Notes: generated by a model not told the origin, from the letters alone. A stretch of DNA of 64,000 nt from Escherichia coli (GCF_009931435.1 NZ_CP043414.1), one strand, 5' to 3'. Counted from the first letter of the stretch, positions 9,759 through 17,446 are shown. Numbers and translations: made by a program.

Positions 9759-10330
9759 TGAAAATAATCGACATAAAGGCGATGAAATACCTGGAAGACG
9801 GGTCTGTTTCCTGTGAAGTGTTGTTTGGAGGGCGGGCTGATTATATTCCTTATCGTGCAGTGGAAAATGATTCTGCTGCATCAGGCCAGCGGGTATGGGG
9901 AACACTGATGAGCGGTGAGTTTGGTGAAATCATCCCCTTCACTGTAACAGCAGAGATGCTGGACAAAGAAAAAGAACTGAAAAAAGAGGAAATCAGGCGC
10001 TGGCGAACAGAACAGGAGGCGCAGCCGTTCACATTCGAATGGAACAGCAGCACATGGAATGGAGGAAAATCCTCACTGGAACGCTTATTCCCGGCAGTGA
10101 TGGCAGCAAAATCTGGTGTGGCACACAATGCCACAGTATGGAGTGATGCAAATAACCAACAAATTAAATTGTCACAACAAAAGCTGGAAGAACTACTTAC
10201 GGCAATGGTGCAGGCTCAGGCTGCACGCAACGATGAGATTTACCTGCGCCAGCGTGAGATGAAAAACACGCTGGCCACACTGAATAACATTGCTGCAATT
10301 AGGGCATTTCAGGTGGGCAAAGCAGAATGA
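9758..10330 (+). CDS. tail fibre assembly chaperone for fibre 2
   Basis: 190 aa starting MKIIDIKAMKY; ATG overlaps fibre 2 stop; coiled-coil-like C-terminus. Confidence 0.5.
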   Translation: MKIIDIKAMKYLEDGSVSCEVLFGGRADYIPYRAVENDSAASGQRVWGTLMSGEFGEIIPFTVTAEMLDKEKELKKEEIRRWRTEQEAQPFTFEWNSSTWNGGKSSLERLFPAVMAAKSGVAHNATVWSDANNQQIKLSQQKLEELLTAMVQAQAARNDEIYLRQREMKNTLATLNNIAAIRAFQVGKAE

Positions 10331-11040
10331 AATGGAAAGAGGTAATTTTACGTCCGTCTGCCATAAACATTAAATGTTCTGTGGTTTGTCTTCATCCGTG
10401 GTCAGAAAATACCGGAAACATCAAACCATCGGGGCGTTATCTCAGCCCCGAAAATGCTGTATCTGCACTTTTACCCTACCTGAAAGAAAGCACAGAAAAA
10501 GACATTGTGGCGCTGTTGTTTTGCGCTCCTTCTGCTGGCGAGTTTTTATCACTCGCCAGGCAATTTTCAGGCGCATTTCCATTGCCAGAGGTGGGGCGAA
10601 TGTCCCGCATGATTTCCAGTCAACTTTCACTGGCCATCAGCAGAATGCAAATCCCCGCCAGACCGGCAACATCACTTCCGGAACCGATAATGCTGTCGAC
10701 ACAGACCACTCGCAGCATGTCGCTGGCAGCAACCATTGCACAGGCAGCCACTCCTGCCGCCACATCACCGGAAACATTGTCATCATCGCTGCATCAGTTC
10801 ATGAATGCGAGAGATAAAGCCTTACAGGAAATCGCTGATCAGCAGGCCGCACTCCGGCAAAAAGTTTGCCCGGTGTGGCGCTTTTGCTACAAGGGAGCCC
10901 TTAGCCAGGCTGCAGTGCTGATACAAAAAAACATCCCACACCCCGAGTGGGTTTTTACAGCTGTGATGCTGTTCGTCGGCGATAATCTCTCATCACTAAG
11001 GGAAGCACTACATGACCCAGATGATTGTCCTTGCGCTTGA
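10327..11040 (+). CDS. hypothetical protein (Ser/Thr/Ala-rich)
   Basis: 237-aa ORF, ATGA-coupled to the upstream gene; no family recognised. Confidence 0.4.
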   Translation: MKWKEVILRPSAINIKCSVVCLHPWSENTGNIKPSGRYLSPENAVSALLPYLKESTEKDIVALLFCAPSAGEFLSLARQFSGAFPLPEVGRMSRMISSQLSLAISRMQIPARPATSLPEPIMLSTQTTRSMSLAATIAQAATPAATSPETLSSSLHQFMNARDKALQEIADQQAALRQKVCPVWRFCYKGALSQAAVLIQKNIPHPEWVFTAVMLFVGDNLSSLREALHDPDDCPCA

Positions 11041-11587
11041 CGGGGAAGCCATTCTGCTGCGTAACATCACCGTCAGCGCCACCATGCAACTACCGGACAA
11101 AGATATGTCCGGACAGTCAACCAGCACCACGAGCGCCCAGCAGGGAAACAAGGCTAAAGAGCTGCGCGTGTCGGGGGTTATTGATTTTAACGATGAAGCT
11201 ATTCTGACCCGTATTTTTCAGCTTGCGGAGGCAACAGAAAGCAACGGTGCTAAAAAAACATATCGCATTGCTAACGCTACCGCGAAGGCAATCAATATGC
11301 GACAGGGGGTGTTTTCTGGTGGCATTGATGCCACGGAACAACAGGGAAAAATGCACTGGCAGATCACCTTTACTCTCAGGGAAAAATTAAGCGTGCCAGA
11401 GAAAGCATCCGCACGCAGCGGTTCGCAGAAAACCATCGCCAGACAGCAGACCCAGAATGGCAGCGAACAGGTACCAGACAAAGGCATGAATACGCAAAGT
11501 TCGTTCTGGAAAAAAATCAATGATGCCGTTGGCTCTGGTCTGGATGCTGTTGGCATCGGGAGCGTGAAAGAGGAAGGGAAAACATGA
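11012..11587 (+). CDS. tail protein, possibly gpU-like
   Basis: 191 aa; segment LRVSGVIDFND...MHWQITFTLRE loosely resembles the P2 gpU family as I recall it; immediately 5' of a hub-like gene, matching P2 U-D order. Confidence 0.35.
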   Translation: MTQMIVLALDGEAILLRNITVSATMQLPDKDMSGQSTSTTSAQQGNKAKELRVSGVIDFNDEAILTRIFQLAEATESNGAKKTYRIANATAKAINMRQGVFSGGIDATEQQGKMHWQITFTLREKLSVPEKASARSGSQKTIARQQTQNGSEQVPDKGMNTQSSFWKKINDAVGSGLDAVGIGSVKEEGKT

Positions 11588-13281
11588 AATTGATACAACG
11601 CTGCATGATTAATGGCGAACGGGTGGAAATTGCCGATATAAGCCTTGTTCTTACCCTGAATGCTGCCGGTCGTGGCTTCATTTCTGTTAACAATCTGTCA
11701 CCCGAACACAGCCTTGCCGGCGCAATGGTACAAATTGATCTCGGCCGTGACGGTGAAGCATGGCGCTATTTCTCCGGCTACATTGAGCGCGATCAACCTG
11801 CTGAAAATGGCTCACGTCGCCTTTTTATTCGTGAAGCGGCTGCTGTGCTGGATTTTGATTTCCCTTGCTCCATGCAACACCCGACGTTGCGGGGGGTACT
11901 CGATAATCTGGGGCGACAAAGCGGTATCGTTTTTATCACTCCGGATGCGGATTATGCCAGTATACCAACTCCCTACATCACCCACAGCGGCAGCGGAGCA
12001 CAACTGCTCAGCCAACTGGGGCGAGCATTCAGTATCAGCGATTACGTCTGGCACCCTATGCCGGACGGTTCTGTATTTGTGGGAAGCGCAGCTGATTCAC
12101 GATTTGCCAGTATTACAATGCCGGATATTCCGCAACAGTACACACTCGGGCAAAGCGGCGGAAACAGCATCGACATCATGTTTATGGAAACTGTGCGACC
12201 GGGCGTGAACCTACCGGCCGGGCGCATTACCCGTGTAGCCCTCAACAACGAGAAAATGACCCTGACATGGGAGCGCCTTACCGCCACGGGTACCCCTGTT
12301 TCCAAATCACCATTACGCAGACAAATGGAAACACAGTTCCCAGAACTGGCCAGCGGTACGCTACATACCCGGCTGGCGCGCGTCATTGCGCCAACGGAGC
12401 CCACCACCCTGGGCGACGTGGCCGACAGTTTCCGCCCACGCTACGCCGTCGATGTGCAGTTGCTTGATGAGAACGGCAACGATAAAAGCGACACGCCCGT
12501 TTACCCGGCAGTACCGCTCCCCGTCCCCATGGCTGGCAGTGAGGCGGGATGTTTTGCCTACCCACCGGCAGGCACCATCGTGGAAATATCCAACATTGAA
12601 GGACGTCCGGACAAACCCGTTATCAGGCAAATCTTACCCGCTGGCCATAACCTGCCTGATGTAAAGCCCGGCGAACAGCTGCAGCAACAGCGCGCAGAAG
12701 TGTTTCAGCGCGTCACGACTGACGGAAGCTGGCACAGAGAAACCGATCAGCAAATCAGGGAGCATTCAGCCAGACGAACCATTAACAGCGATCAGGAAGA
12801 ACGCACAACAACAACCAGAACAACAACAGTACAGGCAAACGACATAACCAGCGTTCTGGGAACCAGCAAGCTGATGACAGGCCAGACAGAACACATTACT
12901 ACTGGTCATTATGCGATCGCAGCCGGTGAGCATATCCAGATGGTAGCGCAGGATTTGCTGACTAAACTCAAAGGGGCGACATCCACGATTGAGCGCGACC
13001 TTACTGAAAACGTGGGAGGCCGCAGAACATGCCGGGCGGACGGTGGTCTGGAGTTTACAGCCCCGACAGTATTTATTGGTCGCGGTGGCTCACGGGAAAA
13101 ATCCGGACTTAATCTGCTGACGTTGTTGATTGATATTCTGGATCTGGTTCAGTTGCTGGCCACACACACTGCAAACCACACCCACAGCAACACCGGCGCA
13201 CCAACAAACAACAGCGAACTTGCCGCAGACGCCAAACAGGCTACGAGCCTGCGCGAAAAATACGGTGACCTTATCGCCTGA
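11584..13281 (+). CDS. baseplate hub protein, gpD/gp27/VgrG-like
   Basis: 565 aa; N-terminal pattern ...ISLVLTLNAAGRGF...AMVQIDLGRDGEAWRYFSGYIER is typical of Phage_GPD/VgrG N-domains; Thr-rich stretch EERTTTTRTTTVQ; last gene of the tail operon. Confidence 0.5.
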   Translation: MKLIQRCMINGERVEIADISLVLTLNAAGRGFISVNNLSPEHSLAGAMVQIDLGRDGEAWRYFSGYIERDQPAENGSRRLFIREAAAVLDFDFPCSMQHPTLRGVLDNLGRQSGIVFITPDADYASIPTPYITHSGSGAQLLSQLGRAFSISDYVWHPMPDGSVFVGSAADSRFASITMPDIPQQYTLGQSGGNSIDIMFMETVRPGVNLPAGRITRVALNNEKMTLTWERLTATGTPVSKSPLRRQMETQFPELASGTLHTRLARVIAPTEPTTLGDVADSFRPRYAVDVQLLDENGNDKSDTPVYPAVPLPVPMAGSEAGCFAYPPAGTIVEISNIEGRPDKPVIRQILPAGHNLPDVKPGEQLQQQRAEVFQRVTTDGSWHRETDQQIREHSARRTINSDQEERTTTTRTTTVQANDITSVLGTSKLMTGQTEHITTGHYAIAAGEHIQMVAQDLLTKLKGATSTIERDLTENVGGRRTCRADGGLEFTAPTVFIGRGGSREKSGLNLLTLLIDILDLVQLLATHTANHTHSNTGAPTNNSELAADAKQATSLREKYGDLIA

Positions 13282-13880
13282 TCACCGGGCATACCCCCCC
13301 ATAAACGCCCATCACGCAACGCACGGCTCCGGTCGTGCGTTTTCATATCTGCCACCTGATTAATGCGTTCTGCGTGCCATTCTGGCGCTGTATGCGCACA
13401 CCGCGTAAACGGTGTGACGTAAAGCGTGAGGTGACGTAAACCGCGCTACCCCCTCCAACCCGCGGGTTTCGTGTCGAAACAGTTTTTCAGTTTTCTGCCG
13501 TGCAAAAATGACCGCCAGCCCGCGCAGCAACTGAGGGAAAAGCGAAGATCTGAAATTTCACGCTTTGAAATTTTTTGCAGTTTTCAAAGTGGTTTTTACG
13601 ATCGCACAAATGGCCGGAGCAATAAAACCGCATGATATTAAAAGAGTTTTCATACTTTACGCGAGACAAAAAAACGATCACGAAAGGATCGCATCAAACA
13701 GCCATCAAACAAAGAAGGCAGACACGGCGCGGCCTGCACAAAATTAAGCTCCAAAATAAAACTGAAAAAAAGGATCGCAACAAGAAGAAAAGCGCGTAAA
13801 ACGATCGCTGCTGATGTGGCGTTTCTTTATACAAGCTGCTATTTGCGATATGCTGAACACATCAACCTGTGGAGTGCATT

Positions 13881-14507
13881 ATGAAACGAAAATCAAAGTC
13901 TGCTGCCATTGCTGCTATTACTACAGCTCTGACAGCATCACTGGCTCCGGTGCCAGCTAAAAGCACGATACTACCAACAACAGTTATTGAATCCGCGACA
14001 CACGCCAGAGTGGTTTCAATGCTTACATTTGAGCATCATGATGGTCAGGTGTTTCTGCCTCTCGAAGAAGCTATTGAATATATCAACGGGCTGAATGACA
14101 ACATGCGCGCCGCGCTCAATGCAGTCATTGAAGAACGACAGAACAGAGGCAAGGGAGCACTGTTTACTGACAAAACCGCAAAAATCATAAAAATATGCGA
14201 AGAGTCAATTAAGCAGCACACCCGTGTTAAAGAGGCTGTCAAAATTGTAATGGATCCGGATAACCTGGCAAAAATGTATCCGGATAGCCTGGAGCAAAGA
14301 ATCGCCTATCGCAATAAACTGGTTCGTTTTGGTCGGGCAATTGCGCAGGGAGAGTTTATCGCTCGTGATGCCATCAACACCATCAAACGAAGCACCGCAC
14401 CAGACAAAACAACCAGCCTGGGCAATACGCTGTCTGACGGAAATGTGAAAGCAATGATTATTGCCGAGCATAAAAACATGGGACTCCCGGCACCGGAGTT
14501 TTCCTGA
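13881..14507 (+). CDS. hypothetical secreted protein (signal peptide)
   Basis: MKRKSKSAAIAAITTALTASLA-PVP has an n-region, h-region and A-x-A site; about 208 aa; stop overlaps the next ATG (TGATG). Confidence 0.5.
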   Translation: MKRKSKSAAIAAITTALTASLAPVPAKSTILPTTVIESATHARVVSMLTFEHHDGQVFLPLEEAIEYINGLNDNMRAALNAVIEERQNRGKGALFTDKTAKIIKICEESIKQHTRVKEAVKIVMDPDNLAKMYPDSLEQRIAYRNKLVRFGRAIAQGEFIARDAINTIKRSTAPDKTTSLGNTLSDGNVKAMIIAEHKNMGLPAPEFS

Positions 14508-14887
14508 TGGCAAGCAAAGTAAGCATTCATAAAGATGTTGAATACCAGGACATTGCAAAAGTTTACGGAAAGGCTCTGGAAAACTGGTTAAATACCGGTG
14601 TTCTCCCTGACAGATTCGGCAATGAAGGGCAGTGGGAAGATAACGCAAGATTATGTGGTTCGTTTGTATATAAATTACACATAAGACTACCGTCAGAACC
14701 ACCATGGAAGAAAAGCAAAGCCCAAATAGACAGAACTTCAAATATCTATCTGGTTTATACAAGGCACTGGATGGATTATGACAATATACAAATCATCAGC
14801 ATCATGGCCCCAGATGCTCACGAAAAAGCCAAAACTTCTTTCATGGCTGAACTGGAAAGACGGGCTGAAGAATTCCAGAACTCATAA
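14507..14887 (+). CDS. YafO-like toxin family protein
   Basis: 126 aa; GVLPDRFG, KLHIRL, IYLVYTRHW and a C-terminal AE..RRAEEF line up with E. coli YafO as recalled from memory (GVLPDTFG, HIHL, HLVY...). Confidence 0.5.
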   Translation: MASKVSIHKDVEYQDIAKVYGKALENWLNTGVLPDRFGNEGQWEDNARLCGSFVYKLHIRLPSEPPWKKSKAQIDRTSNIYLVYTRHWMDYDNIQIISIMAPDAHEKAKTSFMAELERRAEEFQNS

Positions 14888-14906
14888 ATTGCCTGATTTT
14901 CTCTCA

Positions 14907-14940
14907 GAAACCCGCAGCGTAAAAACTGTGGGTTTTCTTT
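14907..14940 (+). terminator. rho-independent terminator after the YafO-like gene
   Basis: gaaacccgcag...ctgtgggttt hairpin followed by TTTTTC. Confidence 0.5.
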
Positions 14941-15178
14941 TTGCTACCCTGATACGTGAGGGTAGCACTCAAAGTGAGGCAATATGTAGGCAACCTATTT
15001 AATACGTAAAAATTAATGCATTAAATGGATATTTACTAGCATGGGTACTGGCTTAAAATATCACAACCCTGTTTTATAACGTACTGAATTTATTAGGTGT
15101 GACGGTTTTCCAATGGGGCTTCCGACATTACGTTCAGCTGATGCTTTTCTTATGTAACGAGAAGACATATATTGGTAA

Positions 15179-15234
15179 GCGATGAAGCGATGAAGCGATG
15201 AAGCGATGAAGCGATGAAGCGATGAAGCGATGTA
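15179..15234. repeat. 8-bp tandem repeat (GCGATGAA) x6 plus one variant copy (GCGATGTA)
   Basis: Read directly: six perfect head-to-tail units then one variant, about 95 bp upstream of the ATPase gene start. Confidence 0.95.
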
Positions 15235-15251
15235 ACGTCTGTTTGGTTATA

Positions 15252-15296
15252 AACTTCACACTAATAATTTCTAAATGAAATTATTAGTGTGAAGTT
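15252..15296. promoter_or_regulatory. perfect 20-bp-arm inverted repeat (candidate operator or RNA hairpin) upstream of the ATPase gene
   Basis: aacttcacactaataatttc (15252-15271) / gaaattattagtgtgaagtt (15277-15296), 5-nt loop; 33 bp before the ATG at 15330. Confidence 0.6.
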
Positions 15297-15329
15297 GATG
15301 TTTATTGTGATTATAACTAAGGAATTAAA

Positions 15330-16799
15330 ATGAAATTATCTCCAGCAGAATTGAAGTTAGAAAGGGGTAAGGTTCAAGATAATAAATTCAATCAATATGT
15401 TAAACGTATCACATTAAAAAATGTCAGAGGGTTTGATGAGGAAATTGTGGAGTTTAAAACACCAGTTACAGCTCTTATCGGGACTAATGGTGGAGGGAAG
15501 TCGACTATATTAGGTGCTGTAGCTCTCGCTTATAAAAATGTTAAGCCAAGCAAGTTTTTCCCTAAATCATTTTATGGGGATGATTCAATGAGTGATTGGG
15601 AAATTGGATTCGAATTGATTGACAAGCCTATTTCAAAAGATAAAAATATTAACAGGACTGCAAAATTTAAACAGATGAAATGGCGCAGAGATAATTTCCC
15701 AGAGCGAAATGTTGTATATGTAGAAATACAAAGAACTGTTCCTGCAGGCGAACTAACTAAGTTTAATAAATTTTTATCTGGCGATGCTAAACAATTTGAA
15801 GAAAAAAATCTCAACCCTGAGACAATAAAATATTGCTCTGCCGTTTTAGATAAAAAGATAGAAGATTACAGATGTATAATAAATAAGCACGATCCATCTT
15901 CAAGAATGTTTGTAGGTAAGGCAATTAATGGTTCTGGTTATTCTCAGTTCCATTTTGGTGCAGGTGAAGCATCAATAATAGATACTATTGATAGAATAGA
16001 GACTGCTGCTGATAATTCTCTTGTTTTAATTGAAGAAATTGAAAATGGACTGCATCCTGTTGCAGTGCGGTTGTTTGTTAACTATTTGACAAATGTAGCA
16101 AAGAGGAAAAAGCTGCAAATAATATTTACAACACATTCGCAGGATGCAGTAAACGAGCTAGAGCCAGAAGCTGTTTGGGCTTCTATTAACAAAAAAGTAT
16201 GGAATGGTAAACTAAGTATTGAAAGTTTACGCGCTATAACGGGACAGAAGATAAATTCGAAAGTTATATATGTTGAAGATTCTTTTGCAAAAGAGTGGGT
16301 TGAAAATGCGATGGATCGATATATTCCAGAACTAGCCTCAACAATAAAAGTCTACACGGCAGGTGGTTACCCCAGCGTGGTTAAAGTAAGTCAATATCAT
16401 AATGAGAACCCTACTATAAATTATCCATCAATCGCATTAGTTGATGGGGATATTAAAGGTAGACCCGGAACTAAAGATCTGCCTGATAATGCAATGTTCA
16501 TCGGGGATGATTATCCTGACGCTACGGTTTTTCATTATATTGCAAATAACATAGAAGAAAATGCCTCAGTTTTGAGGCAAAGATGTTTGTTAACAAGATT
16601 TGACGCTGAAAAGATTAAATCGGAAGTTGAGAGTGTGATGCATTCTGCATGTGATCACCATGTTTATTTTACTAGATTAAGTGATAAATTAGATTTTGCC
16701 TCAGAACTATTCATTCGAGCTGGTATGATAGATTTATTTAATGAGAAAAATCCAGAATTTTGGTCCCCAATTATGGACTTCATTAAAAAAGGTCTATAG
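15330..16799 (+). CDS. ABC-type ATPase fused to a Toprim/DUF4435-like domain (OLD-family or fused-PARIS-like candidate defence nuclease)
   Basis: 489 aa; Walker A GTNGGGKST (K57), signature-like SGYSQFHFGAGEAS, Walker B LVLIEE (E235/E236), H-loop FTTHS; C-terminal VIYVED (E316) and ALVDGD (D372/D374) fit Toprim Glu and DxD; strongly AT-rich; own RBS and terminator. Confidence 0.6.
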   Translation: MKLSPAELKLERGKVQDNKFNQYVKRITLKNVRGFDEEIVEFKTPVTALIGTNGGGKSTILGAVALAYKNVKPSKFFPKSFYGDDSMSDWEIGFELIDKPISKDKNINRTAKFKQMKWRRDNFPERNVVYVEIQRTVPAGELTKFNKFLSGDAKQFEEKNLNPETIKYCSAVLDKKIEDYRCIINKHDPSSRMFVGKAINGSGYSQFHFGAGEASIIDTIDRIETAADNSLVLIEEIENGLHPVAVRLFVNYLTNVAKRKKLQIIFTTHSQDAVNELEPEAVWASINKKVWNGKLSIESLRAITGQKINSKVIYVEDSFAKEWVENAMDRYIPELASTIKVYTAGGYPSVVKVSQYHNENPTINYPSIALVDGDIKGRPGTKDLPDNAMFIGDDYPDATVFHYIANNIEENASVLRQRCLLTRFDAEKIKSEVESVMHSACDHHVYFTRLSDKLDFASELFIRAGMIDLFNEKNPEFWSPIMDFIKKGL

Positions 16800-16865
16800 T
16801 AATAATGCAAAAATATAATATTTAGTTTGCGATTTATATTTTTCATAATGAATTGTTGAGAAAAT

Positions 16866-16900
16866 AAGAGAGCATCGAAAATTGAGGCTCTCTTATTTTT
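16866..16900 (+). terminator. rho-independent terminator of the ATPase gene
   Basis: aagagagc (16866-16873) / gctctctt (16887-16894) stem followed by ATTTTT. Confidence 0.6.
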
Positions 16901-17082
16901 ATGAGATATCTCTAATGTATTAATCGTTTTATTTTGGTGCTACCACCACTGATGCTAACTTGTCGATCAGACATTCGCACTATTCAATATCTTTTAGGCT
17001 CCGCAATGAAAACGCCCCCGAAGGAACAATCCCCCGTCAATCGGTTGCCAAAGGCCATTTAGGTAAATCGCCTTCGAGGTCG

Positions 17083-17346
17083 TTCGATGGCTGCATGACG
17101 TTCCCGGTTATCCCGTCAAAGAAAATGCACTCGACCGGAAAACCAGAAGAACTAATGGCGGAGTTGGTCAGGACTGCGAATAGTGGCGGAACAGTCCTTG
17201 ATCCTTTTATGGGGCCAGGGACAACGGGTGTGGCTGCACTGAAAGCAGGGCGAAAATTTATTGGTATAGAGACCAGTGATCATTATTTTGAAGTAGCAGC
17301 ACAGCGACTTCGGGGGACTATTACCACAACCATTTCGACTACATAA
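17083..17346 (+). pseudogene. C-terminal fragment of a beta-class N6A/N4C DNA methyltransferase
   Basis: ...HSTGKPEELMAELVRTANSGGTVLDPFMGPGTTGVAALKAGRKFIGIETSDHYFEVAAQRL matches the AdoMet-binding FxGxG end of N6_N4 MTases; no DPPY-containing N-terminal part upstream. Confidence 0.6.
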
Positions 17347-17446
17347 GACAAAGCCCGCATTTTTGCGGGCTTGTATATCATTAGTGATGTGGACAGTTTG
17401 TGGATGTTTACAAGAAATAAGCTAATAGAAACAATTTGTTATCTTT

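Noticed and set aside
13290-13870. Search for an ogr-like zinc-finger late activator gene after the hub gene, as in P2
   Set aside because: No Cys-rich small ORF found by eye in either strand; the region is treated as non-coding
15179-15234. Tandem repeat considered as a CRISPR array
   Set aside because: Units are 8 bp with no spacers and no cas genes nearby; this is a microsatellite, not a CRISPR array
14950-15330. Inverted repeats upstream of an ATPase considered as a retron msr/msd ncRNA
   Set aside because: No reverse transcriptase gene anywhere in the island; the dyad is a simple perfect palindrome rather than the a1/a2 and msd stem arrangement
16960-17082. 5' part of the track ORF 16960..17346 as genuine coding sequence
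   Set aside because: The translation upstream of about residue 42 has no methyltransferase character and no start context; only the C-terminal part is called, as a pseudogene fragment
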